From an uncultured Pseudomonadota bacterium (GTDB lineage: Bacteria; Pseudomonadota; Alphaproteobacteria; Rs-D84): 64,000 bases of DNA. The first letter of the stretch is position 1. Each line of letters opens with the position of its first letter. A program made the position numbers and the translations under genes. The stretch covers positions 23,952 to 87,951 of the forward strand of contig CAMZFU010000001.1 of the NCBI GenBank assembly GCA_947306185.1, written 5' to 3'. This document shows positions 31,501-39,819 of the stretch, piece by piece. The notes under the pieces were generated by a model, which was not told the DNA's origin, searched no databases, and saw only the letters and a list, made by a program, of their open reading frames with translations.

Positions 31501-33332
31501 CATTATTTAATTTACTTGCGGGTTCCCCAGAAAAAGCATTGGCAACCATAGAATTTATAAATGGTGAATTAACCGATGAATCCATACGAAAACTATTTTC
31601 TATTTTTACTAAGCGCGACCGTGACCAATTGAACAAACAATCTTTAACCATACTTCATGAAAATTTCTGGGCGGCCGATTTACCAATTCGTGCATACCTG
31701 ATGAATCGCCTGCTTAATGCATATAGTACCGAAGACGGTAAAAAACTACAACTTATCTTGGATATGTTCTTTAAGCCGGATTCAGAATATTACAATGATG
31801 CCAAGTTAATATTAAAATGCATTTATAAAAATCTGGACGAAATTGAACGCGGATTAATTTTGGCGGCATTGATTGCATCTGGTAAAAAATCTGGCGAAAA
31901 TGAAATGACATCTGGAACCGCGGTTGGCCGTGGATTAAAAATATTCTTGCAAAACAAAGGACCCGCATTTATTAAATTTGGACAATTGTTATCTTACCTG
32001 CCAAACCTTGACCCGGATATTCGTCATGAATTATCAACCCTGCGTGACAAGGCAAAAATACCAACACGCGCAGAATTGTTTGATATGTTAAGAACATCTT
32101 TACCAGAATCTGAATTCAATAAAATATCGTATGTTGGCGGAATACTGGGGGCCGGGTCATTCTTTGTAACCGTTCATGTTAAATACGATGACAAAGATTG
32201 CGTTATATCGCTTATGCGACCAAACACACAAAAACTGACATCGGACGGAATAAATATGATTGCAAAAACTATTCAGGATATGACCGCACAGGATCCAAAA
32301 TATGCCGTACTAACAAATATTGTAAATCAGGCGCGCGATTCCGCATACAGTGAAATTGATATTGAACAAGATCATAAAAAATATGTCGATGCGGTTAAAA
32401 TATATGAATCATTTACCGTTCATACACCTATGGGCGACTATTCGCCGGATGTTGCACGGTGGATGGCATACGGCGCCGCACCAGATAAAAACAACGCATA
32501 TAAAATTATGGAAATGTCACCGGGTGTACCACTTACTTCTGATGAATTGACCGAAGAAGAAAAACACGATATGGCGTTGGCATACACAACATTGGAATTG
32601 GCGATATTACTGTCCGGTAATAAATGGGATACCGACCGTCACGCGGGCCAACAAAACTTTTCAAATCCGGCATTTCGTGAATTCTGCATCGGAATTTTTG
32701 ATACCGGTGCCCAAATGAACAATGCACCAAATCGTCACGACAAACGGATAATGGGTTACCTGCTCTATCTGTTGATAAACGGCGTACGTAATGGTAAATC
32801 GATATCAGAAGTATTAACAACCAGTGTCCAATATATTGACCGTGTTTGTGAAAAATATGGTATCAGTACCGCGTATATTGATGGTGTACAACGCGGTATT
32901 ACCGCACTTTCCGATATTATTCAATATCAAAAAGAAGTCCGCGATGATAATGGAAACATTGTGCAAGAGGCTAAATCACTTACCGCCGAAGATTTGGAAA
33001 ATATCGCCGTGGCATTAATTGAATCAGGGGTAATTGACAGAACACTTATCAACACAACCAAAACACATTTTGTGTTAGATGTGTTATCATTCTGGAAACC
33101 AAAAGAAAATGCGCAACCGTTATCATTACCAAAACGCAAAAGTCCGATAAGTATCACCGTCGGTCCCGAAATTACAGTACAAATACAAACGCATCGTATA
33201 AACAAGGCCCAAGAAGAAATAGATAAAATGATTGCCGAACAACGCGCCAATGAACACCTTGGCGTCAAAGTCGGTTTAACAGAAAAGACACAACAAATAC
33301 CGACTACGCCACAAGAATTACGACGCGCATAA
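28545..33332 (+). CDS. Giant multidomain protein: N-terminal M48-like zinc metalloprotease domain plus C-terminal ABC1/UbiB-type atypical kinase-like domain
   Basis: 1595 aa. LAAIIGHECGHYL (HExxH) followed ~30 aa later by QERAADLRS (the M48 third-ligand E-x-x-A-D). Later FIKFGQLLSYLPNLDPDIRHELSTLRD…ISYVGGILGAGSFFVTVHV…DTDRHAGQQNF…IFDTGAQ matches the UbiB/ADCK motif order. Confidence 0.6.
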   Translation: MLKYRPKLWGNVMINASNPILEQSDFEALRLYDPDSTLHKEIGEKVRQIFIKLFQNTDINIDDFYFTGYDSDEANAFFIEGSNTKNGKNVIAVSYGLIMALSNTEELAAIIGHECGHYLWSQLLGGRNTIFQERAADLRSVDLMINGGYNPRNVLSAENKVFGQSGKKIDYQSVTLDVHGNSFNRIEDVKTYLTKLSLERGYFPEVNPSDPEYDAFKQKIQETRKNEPYLSFLDKAIQEWASNSFKFAPNERAQTLDAIDYYLDEIVKNETRLNDLVKVYKTFDYANKPASEDHFNHETTLLERIVDKLIEKSETNPTIEKYIWQILSLSQLKFYGKFNTLYYAIGDLISSFEHNVEEAAQKIIENAVYIPLATALTDFTEHTIEFVPDKYTIGKKPYWVRLREKNNPEINQALSLVSQRPTRMLVYNEKDYMYDKDGNIIAYGEKCAKLIQEEKERKNIAQANEIFDKLANAHIEQLAQYEKIKDFVDGKIDPKNMDYDFVMKTFQEWIVAPSLEMLNNRNGEESQLKQYVNKLDKTKILSHYNALISSSYYRDYKKYTDELGNSLEISAPQQFPEDTENSEILKWISCLYGSRLQQYITECTVCDAYIKMGEYYHKTNALALEEELYTNLLNKSVRSQEETKQYISEKVPLYISKNPFAGPRMYSEIVNAILSDIDKNKTDIIENIIKCLGFKRLPKTEEELLFFIKQMQLYNFHYVNGNVESELCAFNPFFHYDTVYPQLNITEIGTALLVNYMASGYKCDPIKVIKSFGYDTPSIFLHNYRNILTKLIPYEMFDSFTLEDKIYLYEFMNENTGFSEEAANKNYFIKQIVNQIITYPDYNTAVEYAEKILMRKNIFYATEKRDIHDIEFAVEREKLIDFYSDYWAQKLGRDDDSPEFAQKAQELAGFLDYVPEPKRRFNIGRLSRARGPRNFTKSMAGALADKIANKIYAQENVTRILDSVNDRTIKGGDAERFDSFGRDADALFNLLAGSPEKALATIEFINGELTDESIRKLFSIFTKRDRDQLNKQSLTILHENFWAADLPIRAYLMNRLLNAYSTEDGKKLQLILDMFFKPDSEYYNDAKLILKCIYKNLDEIERGLILAALIASGKKSGENEMTSGTAVGRGLKIFLQNKGPAFIKFGQLLSYLPNLDPDIRHELSTLRDKAKIPTRAELFDMLRTSLPESEFNKISYVGGILGAGSFFVTVHVKYDDKDCVISLMRPNTQKLTSDGINMIAKTIQDMTAQDPKYAVLTNIVNQARDSAYSEIDIEQDHKKYVDAVKIYESFTVHTPMGDYSPDVARWMAYGAAPDKNNAYKIMEMSPGVPLTSDELTEEEKHDMALAYTTLELAILLSGNKWDTDRHAGQQNFSNPAFREFCIGIFDTGAQMNNAPNRHDKRIMGYLLYLLINGVRNGKSISEVLTTSVQYIDRVCEKYGISTAYIDGVQRGITALSDIIQYQKEVRDDNGNIVQEAKSLTAEDLENIAVALIESGVIDRTLINTTKTHFVLDVLSFWKPKENAQPLSLPKRKSPISITVGPEITVQIQTHRINKAQEEIDKMIAEQRANEHLGVKVGLTEKTQQIPTTPQELRRA

Positions 33333-33337
33333 TAAAA

Positions 33338-34183
33338 TTATTTCGTCTGTGATTGTTTAATATCCATCACAAATCTTTTCGCCGCGACCAATGCGTCATA
33401 GAAGCTATCAAACGCGGCACCGATGTTATATACCTGAACACACCCAGGCATTTTTTTACAATAAGACGGTATTTCATACGGTTCAACGGTTGTTATGTTA
33501 TATGTTCCACGATGAGATTTTTTTACAATATATTTTACACGCGTACCACGAAATGCATTTCTATCAACATAATCGTCCAATGCTAAAATAACAAAATCAG
33601 ATGAAGCCAATTCTTTCGCACGATTTTTGTCTTTGATAAAATCACAAGATTTTTCAATCGTCGCACTAAGATACTTTGCCATATCATTGACAATTTTTGT
33701 AAACAGTTTTTTATTTTCCGCATCCGTGTATTTCATATTATTCATAGACGATATAAGAATGGATATTGTATTCGGATATTGTTCGGCACCAAAATTATCG
33801 GTTAAATCAATTTTTGATACAAAATCTATATCAAACTTTTTTGCTGCATCTATTGCTATTTGTGCATCAACATTATATTTCTTTTGTATGTATTCCGCAC
33901 CAACTTCGTTCCATAATAAACCAAACGCGGCATACTTATCACCATTCGGACGAACACGTGCGTCATCTTGGTGATGATCAAATGCACCACCACCAATATC
34001 AAAAGCCAATCCATTAAAACCTTGTGGCACACGACCAACACGCCCGATTTCTGAAATAGATTTTATAATTCCAGCCAATTTTAACAATGCCGCCGCAAAA
34101 ACATCATCCGCATGAAAACGACCGTTGTGTGTCAAAACACCATTTTTTGCAAGTTTTCGTAAAGATTTAATTTTTTCATACAT
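33338..34183 (-). CDS. MYG1/UPF0160-family metal-dependent hydrolase-like protein
   Basis: THNGRFHADDVFAAALL and FDHHQ motifs. Likely start MYEKIKSLRK. Confidence 0.5.
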   Translation of the reverse strand: MYEKIKSLRKLAKNGVLTHNGRFHADDVFAAALLKLAGIIKSISEIGRVGRVPQGFNGLAFDIGGGAFDHHQDDARVRPNGDKYAAFGLLWNEVGAEYIQKKYNVDAQIAIDAAKKFDIDFVSKIDLTDNFGAEQYPNTISILISSMNNMKYTDAENKKLFTKIVNDMAKYLSATIEKSCDFIKDKNRAKELASSDFVILALDDYVDRNAFRGTRVKYIVKKSHRGTYNITTVEPYEIPSYCKKMPGCVQVYNIGAAFDSFYDALVAAKRFVMDIKQSQTK

Positions 34184-34196
34184 TAAATTGATTACG

Positions 34197-36452
34197 TTAA
34201 TGTTTATGTTCCATACTTTCCTTTGCCGCCAGCACCAACATATCACTAATTGTGTTACCTTGAAGTAAATCTTCGACCTTCATATATTTACTTAATTCTT
34301 CTTTGGTATATGTCCGCTTTTTAAATGCTTGTTTTCTAAAGTTAATATACTCACGCTTCTTTTTGGTCGTTTTGGTAGAGTTATGATCTTCACAGAATCC
34401 AATTCCGACAATTATCAATTCTCCATCTGGTCCATTTGCAACGCCCCACACTATGCGCTTTTTATCGGTAGTTATGGAACTATCCACACTTTGGACAAGA
34501 CATGCGCCACCGTCTCTTTTTACATTTGTGGATACAGTTCTAACACCATTCTTGATAATATGAATACGGGTTTGATCTTGCATTTTCGGGTCAATTGGAT
34601 CAAGGTTGATTTCATTTATATCACGTAAAACATCATCTATTTTATGTTGTGAAGATGTTTCGATAGTTTTATATAAATCGTATGAAATATATTTTGTTAT
34701 ATTAATTGGTTGTTCCACTTTTTGCTTTTTAACTGGTTTAGGCGCTTTTTCTTGTTTTGTTGTTGTCTGATTTTCTGCCAATTTACTTTTTATTAATTCC
34801 TCACGCTGTTCGTCTTCTTTTACAATTTTTAAAATTTCTTTGCACACAAGGTCTATTTGTGATGAATCGATACACACCACTGGTGTTCCATCGGCAAGTT
34901 GCATCATTCTCTTTTCTATTCCGTTTCTACGTTGATTGGACAAAACACGCTGTATCAGACGTTTTAACGCATCGTCTGGTATCATCGCAAAATCACTTTT
35001 TCTTTCTTTGCGACAATATTTCATAATATCTTTGACACCCATATGTTTTCCCGGAACCTTATGTTCAAGTATTTGTTTTGCTGGTACCGGATTTTCTTCT
35101 TTTGATTTTTGTGGTTCGGGCTTTTTATCAACCGCCTTTTCAACCTTATCGCTTAATGCATCTGATAATGTATTACCATTGGTATCAACAATATTTAAAT
35201 CCTGGTAATTTTTGGTGTCCTTATATTTTTCTTTATATTTTGCAACAAGTTCTTTTGCGGCGGCAAGATGTGGCGAACCCCTGCGAATTAATTTTGGTTC
35301 AACAATCAAAGTACGCAACCCCTTGCCCAGCGCACCTTTATTTAATATTTCTATCAACACGCTAAAATCCGTAATACTATACGCACAATTTATTGTCCGC
35401 GCATATGGCAGAACCGTATCTTTGGTTATATATTCTTTACCAAGATTTTGACAATTAAATGTTCCCTTTATCATAAAAGGAAACGTTTTGTTATTTTTGG
35501 CACAGGTGAAATCACCATCAATAACTATGTGATTCATACAAGAAAAATCAAAATCGTTGTTTTGCAAAGTCTTGGCATCTAAACTATTGCTAATTATTAT
35601 ATAACAATCTGGACGTTCAGATAAAACATGTTTGCATCTTTGTGATAGTACCTTTAGACCGCATTCTTCGGGTACATCTATTTGTTTACCTTCTGTATCA
35701 ACCGCAATAAAAGTTATTCTGGTTTCTGGGTTAATACCAACCTGTTTATATATGGAAGCCGAGATAACATCTATGATGGATGAATCCACCCATTGTTCAA
35801 AATTCAATTCCATTGTTCCAGATTTGGTATTTTTTGTTACCACCATACCCTTTAATGCGCGTATTATCACAGACAGTGTTATTCCATCAGGAAGTTTTTT
35901 TGGTAATTTTTTTAGAATATTTGTTTTATATTCATCAAATTCTTTCAATATGTTTAAATATTCCACCGCCCCAATTTCATCTGGAAAACCAAACTTCCAC
36001 CAAACATCTATTTGGTGTTTTTTCAATTCGCGTAACGCGGACATATATTCCAATACGTTTGCCCCATCGGGAATACCAGTAGTACGTAAAATTTCTGTTT
36101 GATATTCCTTTAATTGCCCCAGTATATTCAATATATCATGTGCACTTGCTTGTTCTTGATATTTTGGGTCTATACGTTCCAATGCTATCATTTGGTGGTA
36201 TTCTAATGCCTGTCCCAACAACGCCAATTTTAGACCAGAATCCCCATTCATACTTTTATAACAACTAAGCCTTTGCATAAGTTGTATCTGAAGAAGTTTA
36301 AATTCTGGATCCATCAATTGTTTTGTCGTCAAATGTTTCATTTCCAAAAATAACTGTACAGCTTCCTCGCTGGTTTCCATCGGATCACCTGCCAGCACGC
36401 GCCGTACATTACTTTTATAAATTTCAAACAAATCTTCTTTATTTGGCATCAT
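34197..36452 (-). CDS. Large hypothetical protein, paralog family member A (shares C-terminal module with 39820..41364)
   Basis: ORF to 36497 begins with TTG that is part of a TTGACA -35 box. Probable start MMPNKEDL at 36452 after a GGGG RBS. N-terminal ~30-aa helical repeats, lysine-rich linker, conserved module …YITKDTVLPYARTINCAYSITDF…LRTLIVEP…. Confidence 0.5.
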   Translation of the reverse strand: MMPNKEDLFEIYKSNVRRVLAGDPMETSEEAVQLFLEMKHLTTKQLMDPEFKLLQIQLMQRLSCYKSMNGDSGLKLALLGQALEYHQMIALERIDPKYQEQASAHDILNILGQLKEYQTEILRTTGIPDGANVLEYMSALRELKKHQIDVWWKFGFPDEIGAVEYLNILKEFDEYKTNILKKLPKKLPDGITLSVIIRALKGMVVTKNTKSGTMELNFEQWVDSSIIDVISASIYKQVGINPETRITFIAVDTEGKQIDVPEECGLKVLSQRCKHVLSERPDCYIIISNSLDAKTLQNNDFDFSCMNHIVIDGDFTCAKNNKTFPFMIKGTFNCQNLGKEYITKDTVLPYARTINCAYSITDFSVLIEILNKGALGKGLRTLIVEPKLIRRGSPHLAAAKELVAKYKEKYKDTKNYQDLNIVDTNGNTLSDALSDKVEKAVDKKPEPQKSKEENPVPAKQILEHKVPGKHMGVKDIMKYCRKERKSDFAMIPDDALKRLIQRVLSNQRRNGIEKRMMQLADGTPVVCIDSSQIDLVCKEILKIVKEDEQREELIKSKLAENQTTTKQEKAPKPVKKQKVEQPINITKYISYDLYKTIETSSQHKIDDVLRDINEINLDPIDPKMQDQTRIHIIKNGVRTVSTNVKRDGGACLVQSVDSSITTDKKRIVWGVANGPDGELIIVGIGFCEDHNSTKTTKKKREYINFRKQAFKKRTYTKEELSKYMKVEDLLQGNTISDMLVLAAKESMEHKH

Positions 36453-36587
36453 ATACCCCAGCCCCATAAAAATAACACAAAAAACATAAAATGTCAATAA
36501 AATTGTTATACTTAACGTTTTTGATATTATACTTATAACAAATCATAAAAGAAATAATATTATAAAGAGACTGGATTTAATTAGTAC

Positions 36588-36613
36588 AAAAGTGGCGATT
36601 TTTTCGCCACTTT
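36588..36613 (-). terminator. Terminator-like hairpin downstream of 36629..37429
   Basis: aaaGTGGCGAttttttCGCCACttt. Confidence 0.5.
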
Positions 36614-36628
36614 CTTAATTAAACTATT

Positions 36629-37429
36629 TTATACAGACCGCCCACTTCTAATTTGTTCCATTGGGTTTATTGGTGATTTTTTTTCTAAACCTGTTGGTGT
36701 TTCGTCAAGTTTCTTTGTTAAAAATTCAATAACAGAATAAATTTGTGTTTTATTCAAAGAATTATTAAGTCGCCTAGATGATATAACCTCTGTGATTTCT
36801 TTAATTTCAAGTCCCCTTTGCATAAAACAAAGTGCGACTTTTTTGATAATCTGAATAATATATTCTGCTAATTTTTCCGAAGATAACTTTCTTAAATAAT
36901 CAGTTAAAATTCCGCAAGTATATAAAAAATAAACTTTTAATGGTTCATTTTTACTTTCTTTCACGTTTAAATCTATGAAACTGATACCTTCTTCGGAATA
37001 AAAGAAATTTGTTGTTTTTGAAGGGTCAATTATTAATCCCGCGTTTTCAATGGCCAACCAATCAGATACAAACCTATCTATTTTTTTGATATCCATATTG
37101 GCAATATCGCGTAATCTTTTTTCATACTCTTCTTCGGACATTTCACTATTATATATTTCGGTACCTTTCGCACGTGGTTGCAAAATATATCCACGTGCAT
37201 ACCCAAGTTCATTCGGCGGATAAACAATTTTATATTCCAATGTTGGAACAACGGCGATACCTTTATCTTTCAATACGTTCGTAATCAAAATTACTTTTTT
37301 TATTTCGTCTTCCTTAAATCCACCGGCCAATAAAACATAATCATCAAAGACACGAACTTTTTTATTTCCACCCTTTTTTAATGGGGTATCATTTTTGAAA
37401 CGTAATTCTATAAATTTATCTATCAGCAT
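36629..37429 (-). CDS. Hypothetical protein; possible kinase-like fold
   Basis: 266 aa. LIIDPSKTTNFFYSEEGISFIDLN resembles an APH/protein-kinase catalytic loop plus metal-binding Asp. Weak. Confidence 0.35.
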   Translation of the reverse strand: MLIDKFIELRFKNDTPLKKGGNKKVRVFDDYVLLAGGFKEDEIKKVILITNVLKDKGIAVVPTLEYKIVYPPNELGYARGYILQPRAKGTEIYNSEMSEEEYEKRLRDIANMDIKKIDRFVSDWLAIENAGLIIDPSKTTNFFYSEEGISFIDLNVKESKNEPLKVYFLYTCGILTDYLRKLSSEKLAEYIIQIIKKVALCFMQRGLEIKEITEVISSRRLNNSLNKTQIYSVIEFLTKKLDETPTGLEKKSPINPMEQIRSGRSV

Positions 37430-37600
37430 ATTATTCCCCTTTTAAGTATACTATATCACAAATATACTAGATTGATATTAATAAAATGCTATTTGTTAAG
37501 ATTCAATACCCCCATATAAATAACTTGTTTTTGCGCGTTTTTTTACCTAAAATTATATCATCTAGAAACCAGTATAAAAGACAAACAAAAAGGTCAAAAA

Positions 37601-38602
37601 ATGATTCTAGTAACAGGTGCCACAGGATTTATTGCTTCACATACAATCGTTGAATTACAAAATAATGGTTTTGATATTGTTGGTATAGATAATTTATGTA
37701 ATTCATCGGTTAGTGTTTTGGATAACATCCAAAAAATTACAGGTAAAAAAATAGAATTTTCCAATATCGATATTCGCGATAAGGATGCATTAAAAAATTT
37801 CCTATCTGGATATAAAATTGATACTTGTATTCATTTTGCCGGATTAAAAGCGGTTGGCGAATCTGTGGCCAAGCCTGTTGAATATTATGATAATAACATT
37901 TCTGGAACAATATCTTTGTTGAAAGTTTTGAATGAAATAGGATGCAAAAATATTATTTTTTCGTCCAGTGCGACTGTTTATGGAATACCTGCATTTGTGC
38001 CGATTACCGAAGAATGCCCAAAAGGAATATGTACAAATCCATATGGTTGGACTAAACACATGATAGAACAAATTTTGGTGGACACGCAAAAAGCAAACCC
38101 AGACATGAATATTGTTATTTTACGTTATTTTAATCCGGTCGGTGCGCATCCATCTGGTCTGATTGGTGAAAATCCAAATGGTATTCCAAATAATTTGATG
38201 CCTTATATTACCCAAGTTGCGTGCGGAAAACGTGAAAAATTGTTTGTGTATGGCAATGATTACGATACACCCGATGGCACAGGTGTCAGAGATTATATCC
38301 ATGTGGTTGATTTGGCGCGTGGGCATGTGTGTGCAATGTCCGCAATTGATAAAAAGTGTGGATTAGAAATATTTAATCTGGGGACGGGACATGGATATTC
38401 TGTACTGGATGTAATTAACACTTTCGAGAAAGTAAATAATATAAAAATCCCGTATGAAATTACGGCACGTAGACCGGGCGATATTGCAATGTGCTATGCC
38501 AATCCAGAAAAAGCGAAACGCGTATTAGGATGGGTTGCGGAACATTCTTTGGATGACATGTGTCGTGATTCTTGGAATTACCAAAATAATTTGAATGTTT
38601 AA
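37601..38602 (+). CDS. galE: UDP-glucose 4-epimerase
   Basis: MILVTGATGFIASH Rossmann motif. YxxxK region. Full-length 333 aa colinear with GalE. Confidence 0.85.
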   Translation: MILVTGATGFIASHTIVELQNNGFDIVGIDNLCNSSVSVLDNIQKITGKKIEFSNIDIRDKDALKNFLSGYKIDTCIHFAGLKAVGESVAKPVEYYDNNISGTISLLKVLNEIGCKNIIFSSSATVYGIPAFVPITEECPKGICTNPYGWTKHMIEQILVDTQKANPDMNIVILRYFNPVGAHPSGLIGENPNGIPNNLMPYITQVACGKREKLFVYGNDYDTPDGTGVRDYIHVVDLARGHVCAMSAIDKKCGLEIFNLGTGHGYSVLDVINTFEKVNNIKIPYEITARRPGDIAMCYANPEKAKRVLGWVAEHSLDDMCRDSWNYQNNLNV

Positions 38603-38678
38603 TTTGCCCCAAATTGTGTGCGGTTCTCGAACCGAGTTGGTTGAAATAGGGCGGGAGATTGATAGGATGAGACATAAG

Positions 38679-38990
38679 TTATTTTTCTAAATCTTGCATA
38701 ATGTCTGTATAATACAATACCTGTTTACTATGTTGTTTTGCATATTCAATCTCTAAACGCGTAGAATCACCAATATAATTATTTACATTTACAACCAATA
38801 TCGCATCAGAAATTTCTATTTTTTTTAAATGTGCGTTTTTTAATTTTTGTATTTGTTCCATGGTATAATTTTCTGTATCTGAATTTGGAAATATAGGTGT
38901 TATTACACAATGCCCCAGAAAAGTCATTTTTTCTGCGATACTTATCATCTCTTGTTTATATTTCAAACTACCGCATATTGTTATTATCAT
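38679..38990 (-). CDS. Nucleoside 2-deoxyribosyltransferase-like small Rossmann protein (DUF4406-like)
   Basis: MIITICGS…GHCVITP…SDAILVVN…GDSTRLEIEYAKQHSKQV pattern. Start overlaps upstream ASCH stop (ATGA-type coupling). ORF-track start at 39107 lies inside the ASCH gene and is unlikely. Confidence 0.45.
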   Translation of the reverse strand: MIITICGSLKYKQEMISIAEKMTFLGHCVITPIFPNSDTENYTMEQIQKLKNAHLKKIEISDAILVVNVNNYIGDSTRLEIEYAKQHSKQVLYYTDIMQDLEK

Positions 38991-39385
38991 TTTATGTCTT
39001 TTTCTGCTAAATCTATATTCCAAAGCATTTGATATCCACGTGCCGGAATTGGTTCTTTTAGAATTTTTAATACTTTTAATTTCCAAGCATAACGTCCAGG
39101 TGTCCAAATTCCAAAATCTTTTTCAGTGATTGGTTGGCGTTTGATAATTTCATCAGTCATTTCAATACAATCTTGTAATTCACAAATGACAATTATTTTA
39201 CCGTATTCCAGATTAGTTATATTATAACGCTTTGCTAGTTTTTTTAATTCTGGTGATAACTTTTTAACAGATGTGTGAATAGCCAAAGGCCCACGGTATG
39301 ATGTTGCCCAAGACCGTGTTTCATATTTTTTTAATCCAAGTATTATTGCGGTTGCATAAGGTTGGTATAAAGTAAATGCTTTCAT
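38987..39385 (-). CDS. ASCH-domain protein (PUA-like fold)
   Basis: MKAFTLYQPYATAIILGLKKYETRSW…YRGPLAIH is the canonical ASCH N-terminus. Confidence 0.6.
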   Translation of the reverse strand: MKAFTLYQPYATAIILGLKKYETRSWATSYRGPLAIHTSVKKLSPELKKLAKRYNITNLEYGKIIVICELQDCIEMTDEIIKRQPITEKDFGIWTPGRYAWKLKVLKILKEPIPARGYQMLWNIDLAEKDIK

Positions 39386-39487
39386 AATTTATTATTATAT
39401 CACAAATAGTTCAAAAGTAACAAAAAACCGCCATTTTTTTAAATTACACTTTCGAACTTTTTGTAGGTATTGGGAAACAAATAAAAA

Positions 39488-39510
39488 CTTGCCCCGGTGG
39501 GCAAGTTTTG
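39488..39510 (-). terminator. Terminator hairpin after tRNA-fMet 3'-end duplicate
   Basis: CTTGCCCcggtGGGCAAGtttt (+ strand). On the minus strand it is followed by a T-run. Confidence 0.55.
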
Positions 39511-39516
39511 AAACTC

Positions 39517-39536
39517 TGGTTGCGGGGGATGATTTC
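39517..39536 (-). repeat. Direct repeat: partial copy of tRNA-fMet 3' end including CCA
   Basis: +strand tggttgcgggggatgatttc vs tRNA tggttgcgggggatggatttg at 39688-39708 (one indel). Confidence 0.8.
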
Positions 39537-39654
39537 GCTCGCGCGGCAACTGCGGATTTTTGCCTTTGGCAAACCGGCGTGTTTCCACCCGCCTAATCCT
39601 TGTGGTGAACCACCTTACCCCGGTGATTCAACCATCATAACTATTAAAATAAAA

Positions 39655-39675
39655 ATGTGACCGTATTGGCCACAT
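39655..39675 (-). terminator. Terminator hairpin immediately 3' of tRNA-fMet
   Basis: atgtgaccgtattggccacat flanked by A/T runs. Confidence 0.6.
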
Positions 39676-39687
39676 TTTCATTTTAAC

Positions 39688-39764
<77 letters not shown>

Positions 39765-39819
39765 ATAAACGGCACTAATTATAAATCATATTTTTTTGTT
39801 GTCAAACGAAATATGAATT

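Noticed and set aside
36453-36497. ORF-track start (TTG) of the 766-aa paralog
   Set aside because: The TTG is the first triplet of a TTGACA -35 hexamer with N17 spacing to a TATTTT -10. The likelier translation start is the ATGATG 45 nt downstream behind a GGGG RBS.
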